Origin: a virus
Taxonomy: Duplodnaviria > Heunggongvirae > Uroviricota > Caudoviricetes
Strand: one strand, 5' to 3'
IMG/VR virus record: IMGVR_UViG_3300024269_000002
Length of the DNA: 64,000 nt
Shown: piece by piece, positions 1 through 9,300 of the stretch
Layout: each line of letters starts with the position of its first letter
Position numbering within the stretch: the stretch's first letter is position 1
Program-made: the position numbers and the translations under genes
Notes under the pieces: model-generated
Databases searched by the model: none
The model's input: only the letters and a program-made list of their open reading frames with translations
Told to the model about the DNA's origin: nothing

Positions 1-1
1 C

Positions 2-1489
2 GAGAGTAACATTGACTGTGACAAGGGCACAGTAGTTTACCTTGCAAGTACTGATGCAGGATTGAGATACAAACTTCTAGCAAGAGTCGTTCCGGAAGAT
101 AGTTCTCTAGCGGATTCAATCTTGCATGTTTCAGATTCTGTTGATAAGTTACGCAAGCGAGTTGAATTGCTAGAAATGGAGCAATCAAACTTCACTACTC
201 AGTTATCAGAACTTGTTGATCAAGTTGAAGATCATGAGACTGAATCTAAATATCAGTTTGAAGCTGTAACGACTGCCATTCAAGCAACAGTAAAGGATCT
301 TGAGGAAGTTAATGAAGATATTGCAGATGTTAGAGATGATATCAAACATCTCTCTGACGATTTTCAAACAGTTAATCACGATATCCACGATATCCTGCAC
401 AGTCACGAAACAAGATTAAATAGTTTTGAAAATTCTTTTGCTACAAAAGAATCGGTTGAGGATCTTGAAAAGAAAATTGACTCAATTCCTCAAGTTAGTC
501 TCGATGGTTATGCAACTGAACAGTATGTTAAGGATCAGATTGCCGGAATACAAGCTCCCGATATGAGCGGATATGCTACTATTGCCGACATTGATGCAAA
601 AGTTGCTGCTCTTGTTGATGGTGCTCCTTCGGCACTCAACACATTAGCCGAACTTGCTGAGGCTCTGAATGATCAGAAAGATGTTCTTGATACATTTGCA
701 ACAAAATCTGATCTTGCTCCTGTAGCTACATCGGGTAGTTACAAAGATCTAGTTGATACTCCTGAAATTCCATCAGTTGAGGGTCTTGCTTCAGAAATAT
801 ATGTGCAAGAAGCAATCAAAGCTATCCCTTCTGTTGACTTGACTGGTTATGCAAAAGCAGAGGATATTCCCGATGTTAGCAAGTTTGTTACTGCTGAGGA
901 TCTTCCTGCAGTTCCAACAAAGGTTAGCGAGCTAGAAAATGACTCAGGTTACTTAACGGAACATCAAAGTTTGGATGGATTAGCTACTGAAGAATTTGTA
1001 CAACAGCAAATTGATGCTATTCCTGATGTTGATCTAAGTAACTATGCAAAGAAGAGCGATCTTCCTGACACAAGTAAATTCTTAACTGAAGTTCCTCAGG
1101 AGTATATAACAGAGAGTGAGCTTGATGCAAAGGGTTATTTAACAGAGCATCAAAGTTTAGAAGGCTTAGCAACAGAAGAGTTCGTTCGTCAACAGATTGA
1201 TGCGATTCCTGAAGTAGACACAAGTGAATTAGCATCAAAAGCTGACCTTGAGCTTAAAGCGGATAAAACTTATGTTGATCAACAGTTAGATAATGTAACT
1301 GTTGACTTAACAGGTTATGCGACTGAGGATTTTGTTAGAACTGAGATTGCTAATGCTCAGCTCGGTGATGATGGTGAAACAATCATTGATTTATCATACC
1401 TTGCAACAAAAACCGATCTTTCAAATGAAGTTGCAACATTGAACAGACGCATTGACGAATTAAAAGTTATTCAGTATGGAACATTCTAA
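2..1489 (+). CDS. Tail fibre-like repeat protein, 5'-truncated by the window edge
   Basis: The frame is open from base 2 (ESNIDCDKG...), so the TTG at 62 is not the true start. Coiled-coil N-part, AALVDGAPSALNTLAELAEAL fibre motif, repeated GYATExYV / DLSNYAKK / GYLTEHQSL units (two GYLTEHQSLxGLATEEFVxQQIDAIPxVD copies 62 aa apart). Confidence 0.7.
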   Translation, partial: ESNIDCDKGTVVYLASTDAGLRYKLLARVVPEDSSLADSILHVSDSVDKLRKRVELLEMEQSNFTTQLSELVDQVEDHETESKYQFEAVTTAIQATVKDLEEVNEDIADVRDDIKHLSDDFQTVNHDIHDILHSHETRLNSFENSFATKESVEDLEKKIDSIPQVSLDGYATEQYVKDQIAGIQAPDMSGYATIADIDAKVAALVDGAPSALNTLAELAEALNDQKDVLDTFATKSDLAPVATSGSYKDLVDTPEIPSVEGLASEIYVQEAIKAIPSVDLTGYAKAEDIPDVSKFVTAEDLPAVPTKVSELENDSGYLTEHQSLDGLATEEFVQQQIDAIPDVDLSNYAKKSDLPDTSKFLTEVPQEYITESELDAKGYLTEHQSLEGLATEEFVRQQIDAIPEVDTSELASKADLELKADKTYVDQQLDNVTVDLTGYATEDFVRTEIANAQLGDDGETIIDLSYLATKTDLSNEVATLNRRIDELKVIQYGTF

Positions 1490-1506
1490 GAAAGGAGGAA
1501 CATGTA

Positions 1507-1905
1507 GTGCAATTTCAGATTAAGTATGGATTAAGAAGAAACATTGACAAGATTGCTGATGCAAACAAGATTGAAGGTTGTTGGTATATTTGTACTGATA
1601 CATTTGAAGTCTTTGTGTGCTTGAATGGTAATCTTGAGCCAATCAAAGCTGCCTCCTCTTTTGACGATGATATTGTCGACCTGAAAGCTCGTGTTCAAGC
1701 GTTGGAAGATGCTTCTGAGTCTGAGGTCAAAATAAATACAATCTTTGATCTTCCTGAACAAGGTCTTAGTAACATTGTATATATTGTTGTTAAGGATAAT
1801 GCTGCATACAGATGGAATGAAGACACAGGCAACTATGTATGCATCGGTAGAGACTGGATGGAAATCAATCGTATCAACGGTGGAGATGCAGCCTCTGTAT
1901 TCTGA
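1507..1905 (+). CDS. Small fibre-associated/adaptor protein
   Basis: GTG start 8 nt after AGGAGG (1493-1498). Contains YRWN...YVCIG and ends RINGGDAASVF. Confidence 0.6.
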   Translation: MQFQIKYGLRRNIDKIADANKIEGCWYICTDTFEVFVCLNGNLEPIKAASSFDDDIVDLKARVQALEDASESEVKINTIFDLPEQGLSNIVYIVVKDNAAYRWNEDTGNYVCIGRDWMEINRINGGDAASVF

Positions 1906-1986
1906 TAACAACACATAGATAATCAAGTATTTACTTGCTGTGGATATTAGTTTGTAATTATAATTATGAAAGGTACATAATCAGTT

Positions 1987-3123
1987 ATGGCAGAATTAAA
2001 AACTCAAATTCTAATCCGTAATGATTCCGCAGAAAACTGGACTACAAAGAATCCTGTTCTCGGTGTTGGTGAGTTTGGTGTCGAAGTTGGTGCTAATGAT
2101 AACAAGCTGAAGATTGGTGATGGCCAAACAGCTTGGAACGCACTTCCTTATACCTACAACTTAACTGAACTTCAAAGAATTGCATTGTTTGAGAATGACT
2201 TAACAATGACTATGCAGTTCGGTAAGTACACTCCTGATGCTAGCGGATCCGTTGTTGTTCCTGCAGCAGGCATGACTGCTGAGCAAGTTTTGCTCGGAGC
2301 ATTTGCGGAAGCAAAAGATCCTACAGTTAATGATCCTACTCTGAGTTTAACAACTAGCGGTAATCAGTCAGGTGAGGTTGGTACAGCTTATGCTTTGCCA
2401 CACGCTACAGCTTCTGTTACTACAGGTTCTTATGAATATGGTTCAAAAGATGCTTCTGATGTTAAGTACAGTGACACTGGCACAGGCATCACATTCACAT
2501 CAATCAAAGTGTCTTGCGAGGATCCGGCTAAGGAAACTTCAAGCTCTAACTCCAATGCTAATCTGCAATTGAAGTTGACAACAACTGAACTTCCTGACGC
2601 TAACAGAAAGTTTGAAACTACAGCAAAGACTATCAAGTTCAGTGCTGAGGCAACTCATCCTGCGTCTGCTCGCACACCTGTTAATAACTTGGGAACAAAG
2701 GTTGATGATCTCGCAATTGATGGTGAAACATTAACCGCAACTGCTTCTTTAACTATTACAGGCTATCGTTGCTGGTTTACTTATGTTGGAGCTGACTGCA
2801 CATCAACAGTTGACTCTGCATTCATCCGTAATAACGCAACTAATAAGGGCAATCATGTAAATGCAGGAAATGTTACTTTAACAGTTAGAGACGGTAATCT
2901 TGACAAGCGTGTGCTGATTGCAATTCCTGCAACAGGTAAGAACTTGACTAAGGTAATTGACGTTAAGGGTATGGGTCTTGACATCTTTGCTGGTGGTAAG
3001 TTTACTCACAAGGTTGTTTCTGTTGAAGGTGCTAATGGTTATAGTGCTATCAACTATGACGTTTGGGTGTACGAGAATGCAAATGGTTTTGCAGGAACTA
3101 CACTTAACTGCACAATCGGTTAA
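1987..3123 (+). CDS. Tail fibre/collar protein with Mtd_N/hyaluronidase-N-like N-terminal domain
   Basis: N-terminus QILIRNDSAENWTTKNPVLGVGEFGVE...KIGDGQTAWNALPY matches the phage fibre N-terminal motif; the rest is a Thr-rich beta-type body. Confidence 0.65.
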   Translation: MAELKTQILIRNDSAENWTTKNPVLGVGEFGVEVGANDNKLKIGDGQTAWNALPYTYNLTELQRIALFENDLTMTMQFGKYTPDASGSVVVPAAGMTAEQVLLGAFAEAKDPTVNDPTLSLTTSGNQSGEVGTAYALPHATASVTTGSYEYGSKDASDVKYSDTGTGITFTSIKVSCEDPAKETSSSNSNANLQLKLTTTELPDANRKFETTAKTIKFSAEATHPASARTPVNNLGTKVDDLAIDGETLTATASLTITGYRCWFTYVGADCTSTVDSAFIRNNATNKGNHVNAGNVTLTVRDGNLDKRVLIAIPATGKNLTKVIDVKGMGLDIFAGGKFTHKVVSVEGANGYSAINYDVWVYENANGFAGTTLNCTIG

Positions 3124-3146
3124 TCAAGTGAGAGGAGAATAACATA

Positions 3147-5039
3147 ATGGCATACGAATATCAAGGTTTTGCCACACTTGGCGTTAACCTGAATCGTCAG
3201 AACTACGGTGCACTTGATATTTCTCAGGTGTTTACAAGCCTGAACGATTTGAAGTACTATGTAAGTAAGGGCGCATATACAACAGACGTATCTACTTACT
3301 GGTACGAATCTGAAGATAAGAAAGTTGTTCCTTATCCTTATGCTGGTCAATATTTGGCCCTTGTCGATAATGACACTCGTAAGGTAACAGCTTATATTCT
3401 GGAAGAGAAAGCAGACGGCACATTTGACTACAAGGAAGTTGGCATCACTCCTATCGGTGATGATAAGACTGTTGATGTTGATGCAGCTGGTAAGATCACT
3501 CTTCATGGAATTGATGGACTTGACACTTCTAAAGTCTTTGTTCCTAAGCTAGTTGACGGTGAGCTTGTGTGGGCTGAGCCTTCTGCAGTTACTGTTGAGG
3601 GTCTGGATCAGAGACTCGGTGAAGCTGAAAAAGATATCGGTGCATTAGAAGCAAAAGATACAGAGCTTGCAGGAGAGATCGAAGCAGTTGAGAAAACTGT
3701 TGGTGAGCATACAACTGCTATCGGTGAGTTAGAGGCAGCTGATACAGCCCTCGGTGGCCGTATCGATGGTCACGACACTCGTCTTGCCAATCTTGAAGCC
3801 ACTGTTAATGGCAAGGACGCTGTTGGTACTGAGGGAGAGGATGGCTATCAGCCCGCAGTAACTGGTCTAACCGATAAGGTTGCAGATCATGAAACTCGTA
3901 TCGGAGCTGTTGAAGGAGCCGTTGCTAACGTCTATACAAAGTCTCAGACTGACGAAAAGATTGCTTCTGAAATTGGTAAGCAAGCTCACTTCAGTGCAAA
4001 AGTTGTAACTAGTACAACTGAGATGACCGATGCTACCACTCTGTATCTCATGAAGACTGCTGAAACAGGTGAAGATCTTTATGAAGAGTGGATTCTGATT
4101 GGTGGCGTTGCTACAAAGATCGGCACAACTGCAACCGATTTAACTGATTATGCAACTACTGAGGAAGTAGAATCACTTATCAGTGGTGCAAAGACAGAGA
4201 TTGAAGCAGCTTATGGTGCAGCTGACCAAGCCCTTGGCGAGCGTATCGATGGCGTTCAGCAGACAATCAATGGCTTAGGTAGTACTTATGCAACCATCGA
4301 GGAGATGAATAAGAAAGCTGCTCAAGCTGATCTTAATACAACTAACGATAATCTCGGTAAGTTAACAGAGAGAGTCGGATCTCTTGAAGCAACTGATCAC
4401 ACTCATACCAACAAGGGCGTTCTTGATGGTATTACTGAAGCAAAAGTTGCAGAGTGGGACAAGGCTGAAGAAAACCTTGTTAAGTCTGTTAAGGAAGGTG
4501 AACTGGCTGTTTCTGAAGCTGGTGAACTGTCCGTCGTCACAATTCCTCAAAGTAAGGTAACTGGTCTTACTGACAAGATTGCTGGTATTGAGGGTGATAT
4601 TGCAGGTAAGGTTGACGCTAAATCTGGCTATGGCTTGATCAGCGATGAAAATCTTGCTAAGCTAACTAAGCTGAGTTCTGATGGCACACTTGCTGCAGAA
4701 AATGTTACAGGTCTCGACACTTGGGTAAACAACAATCGTGAAACAGTCGGCGGACTGCTAAGTGCTGCAGATGAGGCAAAGCTCGATGGAATTTCTGCTG
4801 GCGCTCAAGTCAACGTTATTGAGGGTGTTTCTGTTGCTGGCGGTCAGCTGACTCCTGATAACAAGATTGTTGACATTCCTTTTGCAACTAATGCTGTTTA
4901 CGGTGTTGTCAAGGGAGCTGAAGCGGTTAACGCAGTTATGATCAATACATCCAATCAGATGGAAGTTCATAGCTTGAATGTTAACAAGCTTGTTCAAGAT
5001 GAGAATACTGTTCTTATTCTGAACGGTGGAAATGCTTAA
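3147..5039 (+). CDS. Tail fibre-like coiled-coil protein
   Basis: Heptad-like stretches, DHTHTNKGVLDGIT motif, AQVNVIEGV motif, C-terminal LILNGGNA. RBS GAGGAG upstream. Confidence 0.6.
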   Translation: MAYEYQGFATLGVNLNRQNYGALDISQVFTSLNDLKYYVSKGAYTTDVSTYWYESEDKKVVPYPYAGQYLALVDNDTRKVTAYILEEKADGTFDYKEVGITPIGDDKTVDVDAAGKITLHGIDGLDTSKVFVPKLVDGELVWAEPSAVTVEGLDQRLGEAEKDIGALEAKDTELAGEIEAVEKTVGEHTTAIGELEAADTALGGRIDGHDTRLANLEATVNGKDAVGTEGEDGYQPAVTGLTDKVADHETRIGAVEGAVANVYTKSQTDEKIASEIGKQAHFSAKVVTSTTEMTDATTLYLMKTAETGEDLYEEWILIGGVATKIGTTATDLTDYATTEEVESLISGAKTEIEAAYGAADQALGERIDGVQQTINGLGSTYATIEEMNKKAAQADLNTTNDNLGKLTERVGSLEATDHTHTNKGVLDGITEAKVAEWDKAEENLVKSVKEGELAVSEAGELSVVTIPQSKVTGLTDKIAGIEGDIAGKVDAKSGYGLISDENLAKLTKLSSDGTLAAENVTGLDTWVNNNRETVGGLLSAADEAKLDGISAGAQVNVIEGVSVAGGQLTPDNKIVDIPFATNAVYGVVKGAEAVNAVMINTSNQMEVHSLNVNKLVQDENTVLILNGGNA

Positions 5040-5060
5040 TCAACATTGAAATAACTTAAC

Positions 5061-5101
5061 ATTGTCCCTCTATAATGTATATCAATTTATAGAGGGACAA
5101 T
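5061..5101 (+). terminator. Hairpin/terminator after 3147-5039
   Basis: ATTGTCCCTCTATAA / TTATAGAGGGACAAT 15-bp stem, 11-nt loop, followed by TTATTTTG. Confidence 0.7.
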
Positions 5102-5131
5102 TTATTTTGTAGAAGTTGAGGTATTCGGTAT

Positions 5132-6244
5132 ATGGCAGATATTATTGAAAAAACACTGCAAACAAGAATTATAAACAAGCACGCTGCTTACTCAGACTGG
5201 GCAGCAAGTGACCTTGTTCTGCTTGATGGTGAAATTGCGCTTGCTAAGTTTACTGTCGCACAAGAAGCAACTGATGCTAATGGGAATGTGACTGTTCAGT
5301 ATGTTCCTACATACTTAATGAAGATTGGTGATGGAACAAACAAGTTCTCAGCACTGAGCTGGCTATCCGCTCCTGCATCCGATGTTTATGCTTGGGCAAA
5401 GAGCAAGTCTATCAATGATGTGGATCTGAGTTCACACACAGCAATCACAGGATTACAAGCTGCGATTGATGCTCTTGATTATTCTGATACAACTGCAGGA
5501 TTTGTAACAGCTGTTACTCAGACGAACGGTAAGATTTCAGTTTCAAAGAAAGCGTTAACACTTTCTGACATCACTGATTTTGAAGCAGATGCATTTGCCT
5601 CCGCAAGTGCCTTGGAAGCATTAGAGAAGCGAGTTACAGCTCTTGAATCTCGTATGACAGATCTTGACAACGTCATGAAGTCCGTTACAGGAGCTATGCA
5701 CTTTGTTGGTATTACAACAACTAATCCTGCAACAACAGGAGCAACTGTTCAGATTCCAAAAGCTGAGGGAGAAGGAACAGAAGTTAAGTCCTCTTACTTG
5801 ATTGGTGATGTTGTAATCTACAAAGTTGCAGAGACAACTGTGGATGGTGCAAAAATCCCTGCTCATGATATTGAATTTGTTAATATTGATGGTAACAACA
5901 CGGCTGCATCTTGGGTGGAGCTAGGTGATGTTACTGATGAGCAGAGAAGACTTTCAGATCTCGAAACAGATGTTGCTGAGATCTTGGCAAAGGTTCCTAA
6001 CATTCATACTCATGCAAACAAGGAACTTCTTGATTCCATCACGGAAGATAATGTTCATACTCATGAGAACAAAGAAGTAATTGATGGAATTACCGCACAA
6101 GATGTTATAAACTGGAATGCCATCTTTGCACGAGATCAAGATATTACGAATAATGATGCAAGAATTGTTGCTCTGTATCAGAAATTTGGTGATGGCACAA
6201 ATCTTGCAGACACATTCATTCTTGATTGCGGTGGTGTATCCTGA
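5132..6244 (+). CDS. Tail fibre-like protein (KIGDG N-domain, HTHxNK repeats)
   Basis: N-terminal ...DGEIALAK...MKIGDGTNKFSALSW; GFVTAVTQTNGKISV fibre motif; two HTHxNKExxDxIT repeats; ends FILDCGGVS. Confidence 0.65.
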   Translation: MADIIEKTLQTRIINKHAAYSDWAASDLVLLDGEIALAKFTVAQEATDANGNVTVQYVPTYLMKIGDGTNKFSALSWLSAPASDVYAWAKSKSINDVDLSSHTAITGLQAAIDALDYSDTTAGFVTAVTQTNGKISVSKKALTLSDITDFEADAFASASALEALEKRVTALESRMTDLDNVMKSVTGAMHFVGITTTNPATTGATVQIPKAEGEGTEVKSSYLIGDVVIYKVAETTVDGAKIPAHDIEFVNIDGNNTAASWVELGDVTDEQRRLSDLETDVAEILAKVPNIHTHANKELLDSITEDNVHTHENKEVIDGITAQDVINWNAIFARDQDITNNDARIVALYQKFGDGTNLADTFILDCGGVS

Positions 6245-6258
6245 TTCAGTTAAACTAC

Positions 6259-6294
6259 AAAATAGAGTCGTGTTTTTACACGACTCTATTTTTA
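6259..6294 (+). terminator. Intrinsic terminator
   Basis: AAAATAGAGTCGTGT-TTTT-ACACGACTCTATTTT followed by a T run. Confidence 0.8.
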
Positions 6295-6364
6295 TAACTG
6301 TTACACTCATCACAATTGTATATAACTGTATAAGAAGTTTATTCTAATAAGGAGTGTAAGACAC

Positions 6365-9300
6365 GTGGCAAAATTCATTACACAATTGAGACACGGAACT
6401 ACATCTGATTGGCAGAAGTCTTCAGTCATTCCTGCAAAGAATGAGTTAGTTGTTGAATATAGAGAAGACGGATCCCGTAGATTCAAACTGGGTGATGGCT
6501 CTTCTAGCTTCATCAATCTCGACTACATTGACGGTGATATTGAGCGCGCAGTTGATGTGATCAACGCAAGAGTTTCAAATTTGATTGTTCCTCCCTCTGG
6601 AGCAATTTCTTGTGATGACGAGGTTGAGGATATTCGTGTAGGCTATGATGGAACTACATTCGATAAAGCAGGTGATGCTGTTCGTGCTGTAGGAGATGAT
6701 GTTCATAATCTCAGAAAGAGCTTACAGCAGTTTATCAATGGTGATGCCGTTGATGGATTACTGTATGAAGATAATCTTCTATACTTGACAGCTGATGGTG
6801 TGATTGTCTCTGATCCTGTTGAAATCAAAGGTGGCTCTGGCGGCGGTGGCGGAACAAGCGATTCAAGTGTTAAAGTTAGAATCAAGAATGATACTGGAGT
6901 CTCTGCAATTTCTGCTGCAACTGGTTCTCCTGTTATTCTGAAATTTACATATATATCTCTTGAGGATGAAGTTCCTACAGGAGATTATACTTGCTCAATT
7001 TCTGTTAACGGTAAAGTTGTTAGAACTACAACTCTATCTCAAACGGCTCAGACTATTGATGTTGCTGAATATCTAGATGCTGGCACGAATAATGTTCGTG
7101 TCACTTGTACAGATATTTACGGCAATGCAAGAAGCTTAGCATATACTTGTACTGTTATTGATTTGAGTCTTGTTTCTTCTTTCAACTCAAGCATTCCATT
7201 CGATAGTGATATTACTTTCAAGTATATCCCTAGGGGTGATATTGAGAAAGTTGTTTACTTCTTCATTGATGGAAAAGAAATTGCTCATCAAACAATTACT
7301 TCTTCAGGAAGACAAACAACTCAGATTATTCCTCTGCAGTCACATGGATCTCACAAGCTTGAGGTTTATGCAACAGCTGTTCTGAATGATCAAACAATCA
7401 AGAGTAACACACTTGTTTATGATGTTATGTGTATTGGAGCTGGAAGAGATGAGCCACTCATTGCTTCCGCATATACTGTAACAGAAACAAAACAAGGAAA
7501 CATTCTTTCAATTCCATATGTTGTATATGACCCTTTGAAAACTGAGGCCGAAATTGAACTTATCATTACTCAGATTGTAAACGGTGTTGAGACTCACTAT
7601 GACACAACACCATTGACTGTTGATAGAACTCAACATTACTGGAATGTTAGAAAATATCCTACAGGAACAGTTAAGTTTACAATTGCGTATTCTACTGAGA
7701 AATATCCCGACACTAAAGTTTCACACATTGTTCTTGTTGAGGCATCTGACTTGAGTGTTGAGCCTATTACTGATAGTTTGGCTCTACATTTGTCCGCAGT
7801 TGGTAGATCAAATGACGAAAAGAATCCTGCTGTTTGGACCTACGGAGATGTTACAACTACATTCCGAGATTTTAACTGGGAAACTAACGGATGGGTTGAG
7901 GATGAGGAGAAAGATACTTGTCTGAGACTTAACGGTGACGCAAGAATTGAAATTGGTTACAAATTGTTTGGTCGTGACTTCCGTGAAATGGGTAAAACCA
8001 TTGAGCTAGAATTTGCTATCAGAGATGTTAATGATCGTGACGCTATTGTTATTGATTGTACTGATGGTGATGTTAGCTTACAGGTTACCGCAGATACAGC
8101 TACACTTTCAGGCTCAGGTGCAAAAGTTAACTGTACTTACCGTGAAAATGAAAGAGTAAGAGTTGGCTTTACTGTTGGTATCGGAACTAATGGTACCAGA
8201 TTTGTGTCTACTTACATTGATGGAATCTTATCAAATATCACTCAGTATCCAACAACAGGCAACTTTGAGCAAAAGACAAAAAGAAACATTTCAATCGGTT
8301 CTGGTTTGTGCGGAATCGACTTGTATACAATTCGTGTTTACGATAATGAACTTGCTCCTAATGAGATGGTTCAAAACTATATCGCAGACGCAACTATTCC
8401 TAGTGTGAAGCAAGAACTCTTTGAGGACAATGATATCTATGATAGCAACGGAAAAGTTAGCTATGAAAAGATCAAATCAAAGATTCCTGTAGTAACATTT
8501 GTTGGTGCAATGCCTACTTACAAGGGTGACAAGAAAAAGAATTCTGTAAGAATGATTTTCGAGCATCCGGAACATCCTGAACTCAACTTTAATGAAATAT
8601 TGAAAGAAATCGATGTTCAGGGTACATCTTCTCAGTTCTATGTTCGCAAGAACTGGAAGACAAAACATAATGATTATCATCAGCACATGTTGGATGAAGT
8701 TCCTGCAAAAGTATTCTGTATGAAGGTTGACTATGCAGAGGCAACCGGTACACACAACACTCAAGTCGCAAACTTTGCAGAAACTCTGTACACTGAGAAG
8801 ATTCCTCCACAGACTGAGGATCCTCGTGTTAGAACAACAATTGCTGGTTTCCCGTGTGTAATCTTTGAAAAAGAAACTGACGATTCCACTCCAGTATTCT
8901 CTTCAAAAGCAAACTTCAACTTTGATAAAGGTGCAGAGAATGCTTTCGGATTTACAGATAAATACGACACAGAATGCTGGGAATTCTGCAACAATACATC
9001 AAATTCTTGTAACTTCCTCGGAGAAATTCCCGCGGACTGGCGAGCTGACTTTGAGCCTCGTTACTGTGGATTAAAAACAACAGTTACAAAAGACGATGGT
9101 GAAGAAGAAACAGTTGGTGTATGGGACAGAATTGAAGAATTGAGAGAAAAAGAAGAAGCATTAAGTGCTGAAGGTCAGACTCTAAGTGAACTTGAACAAG
9201 AAGAGCTTGCAGAGCTTCATGCAACTGCAATTGCTAGATTCAAGGTAATGCACGATTGGGTTCGGAGTACCGCAACGGTTTATCCTACAGGAGATGGCGC

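Noticed and set aside
1502-1507. ATG-TAG mini-ORF just after the AGGAGG site (possible TAG read-through)
   Set aside because: The ATG is only 3 nt from the RBS and out of frame with the gene; the GTG at 1507 has optimal spacing.
1935-1964. TTGCTG-18-TATAAT promoter before 1987
   Set aside because: Weak -35 and non-optimal spacer in AT-rich DNA; could be chance.
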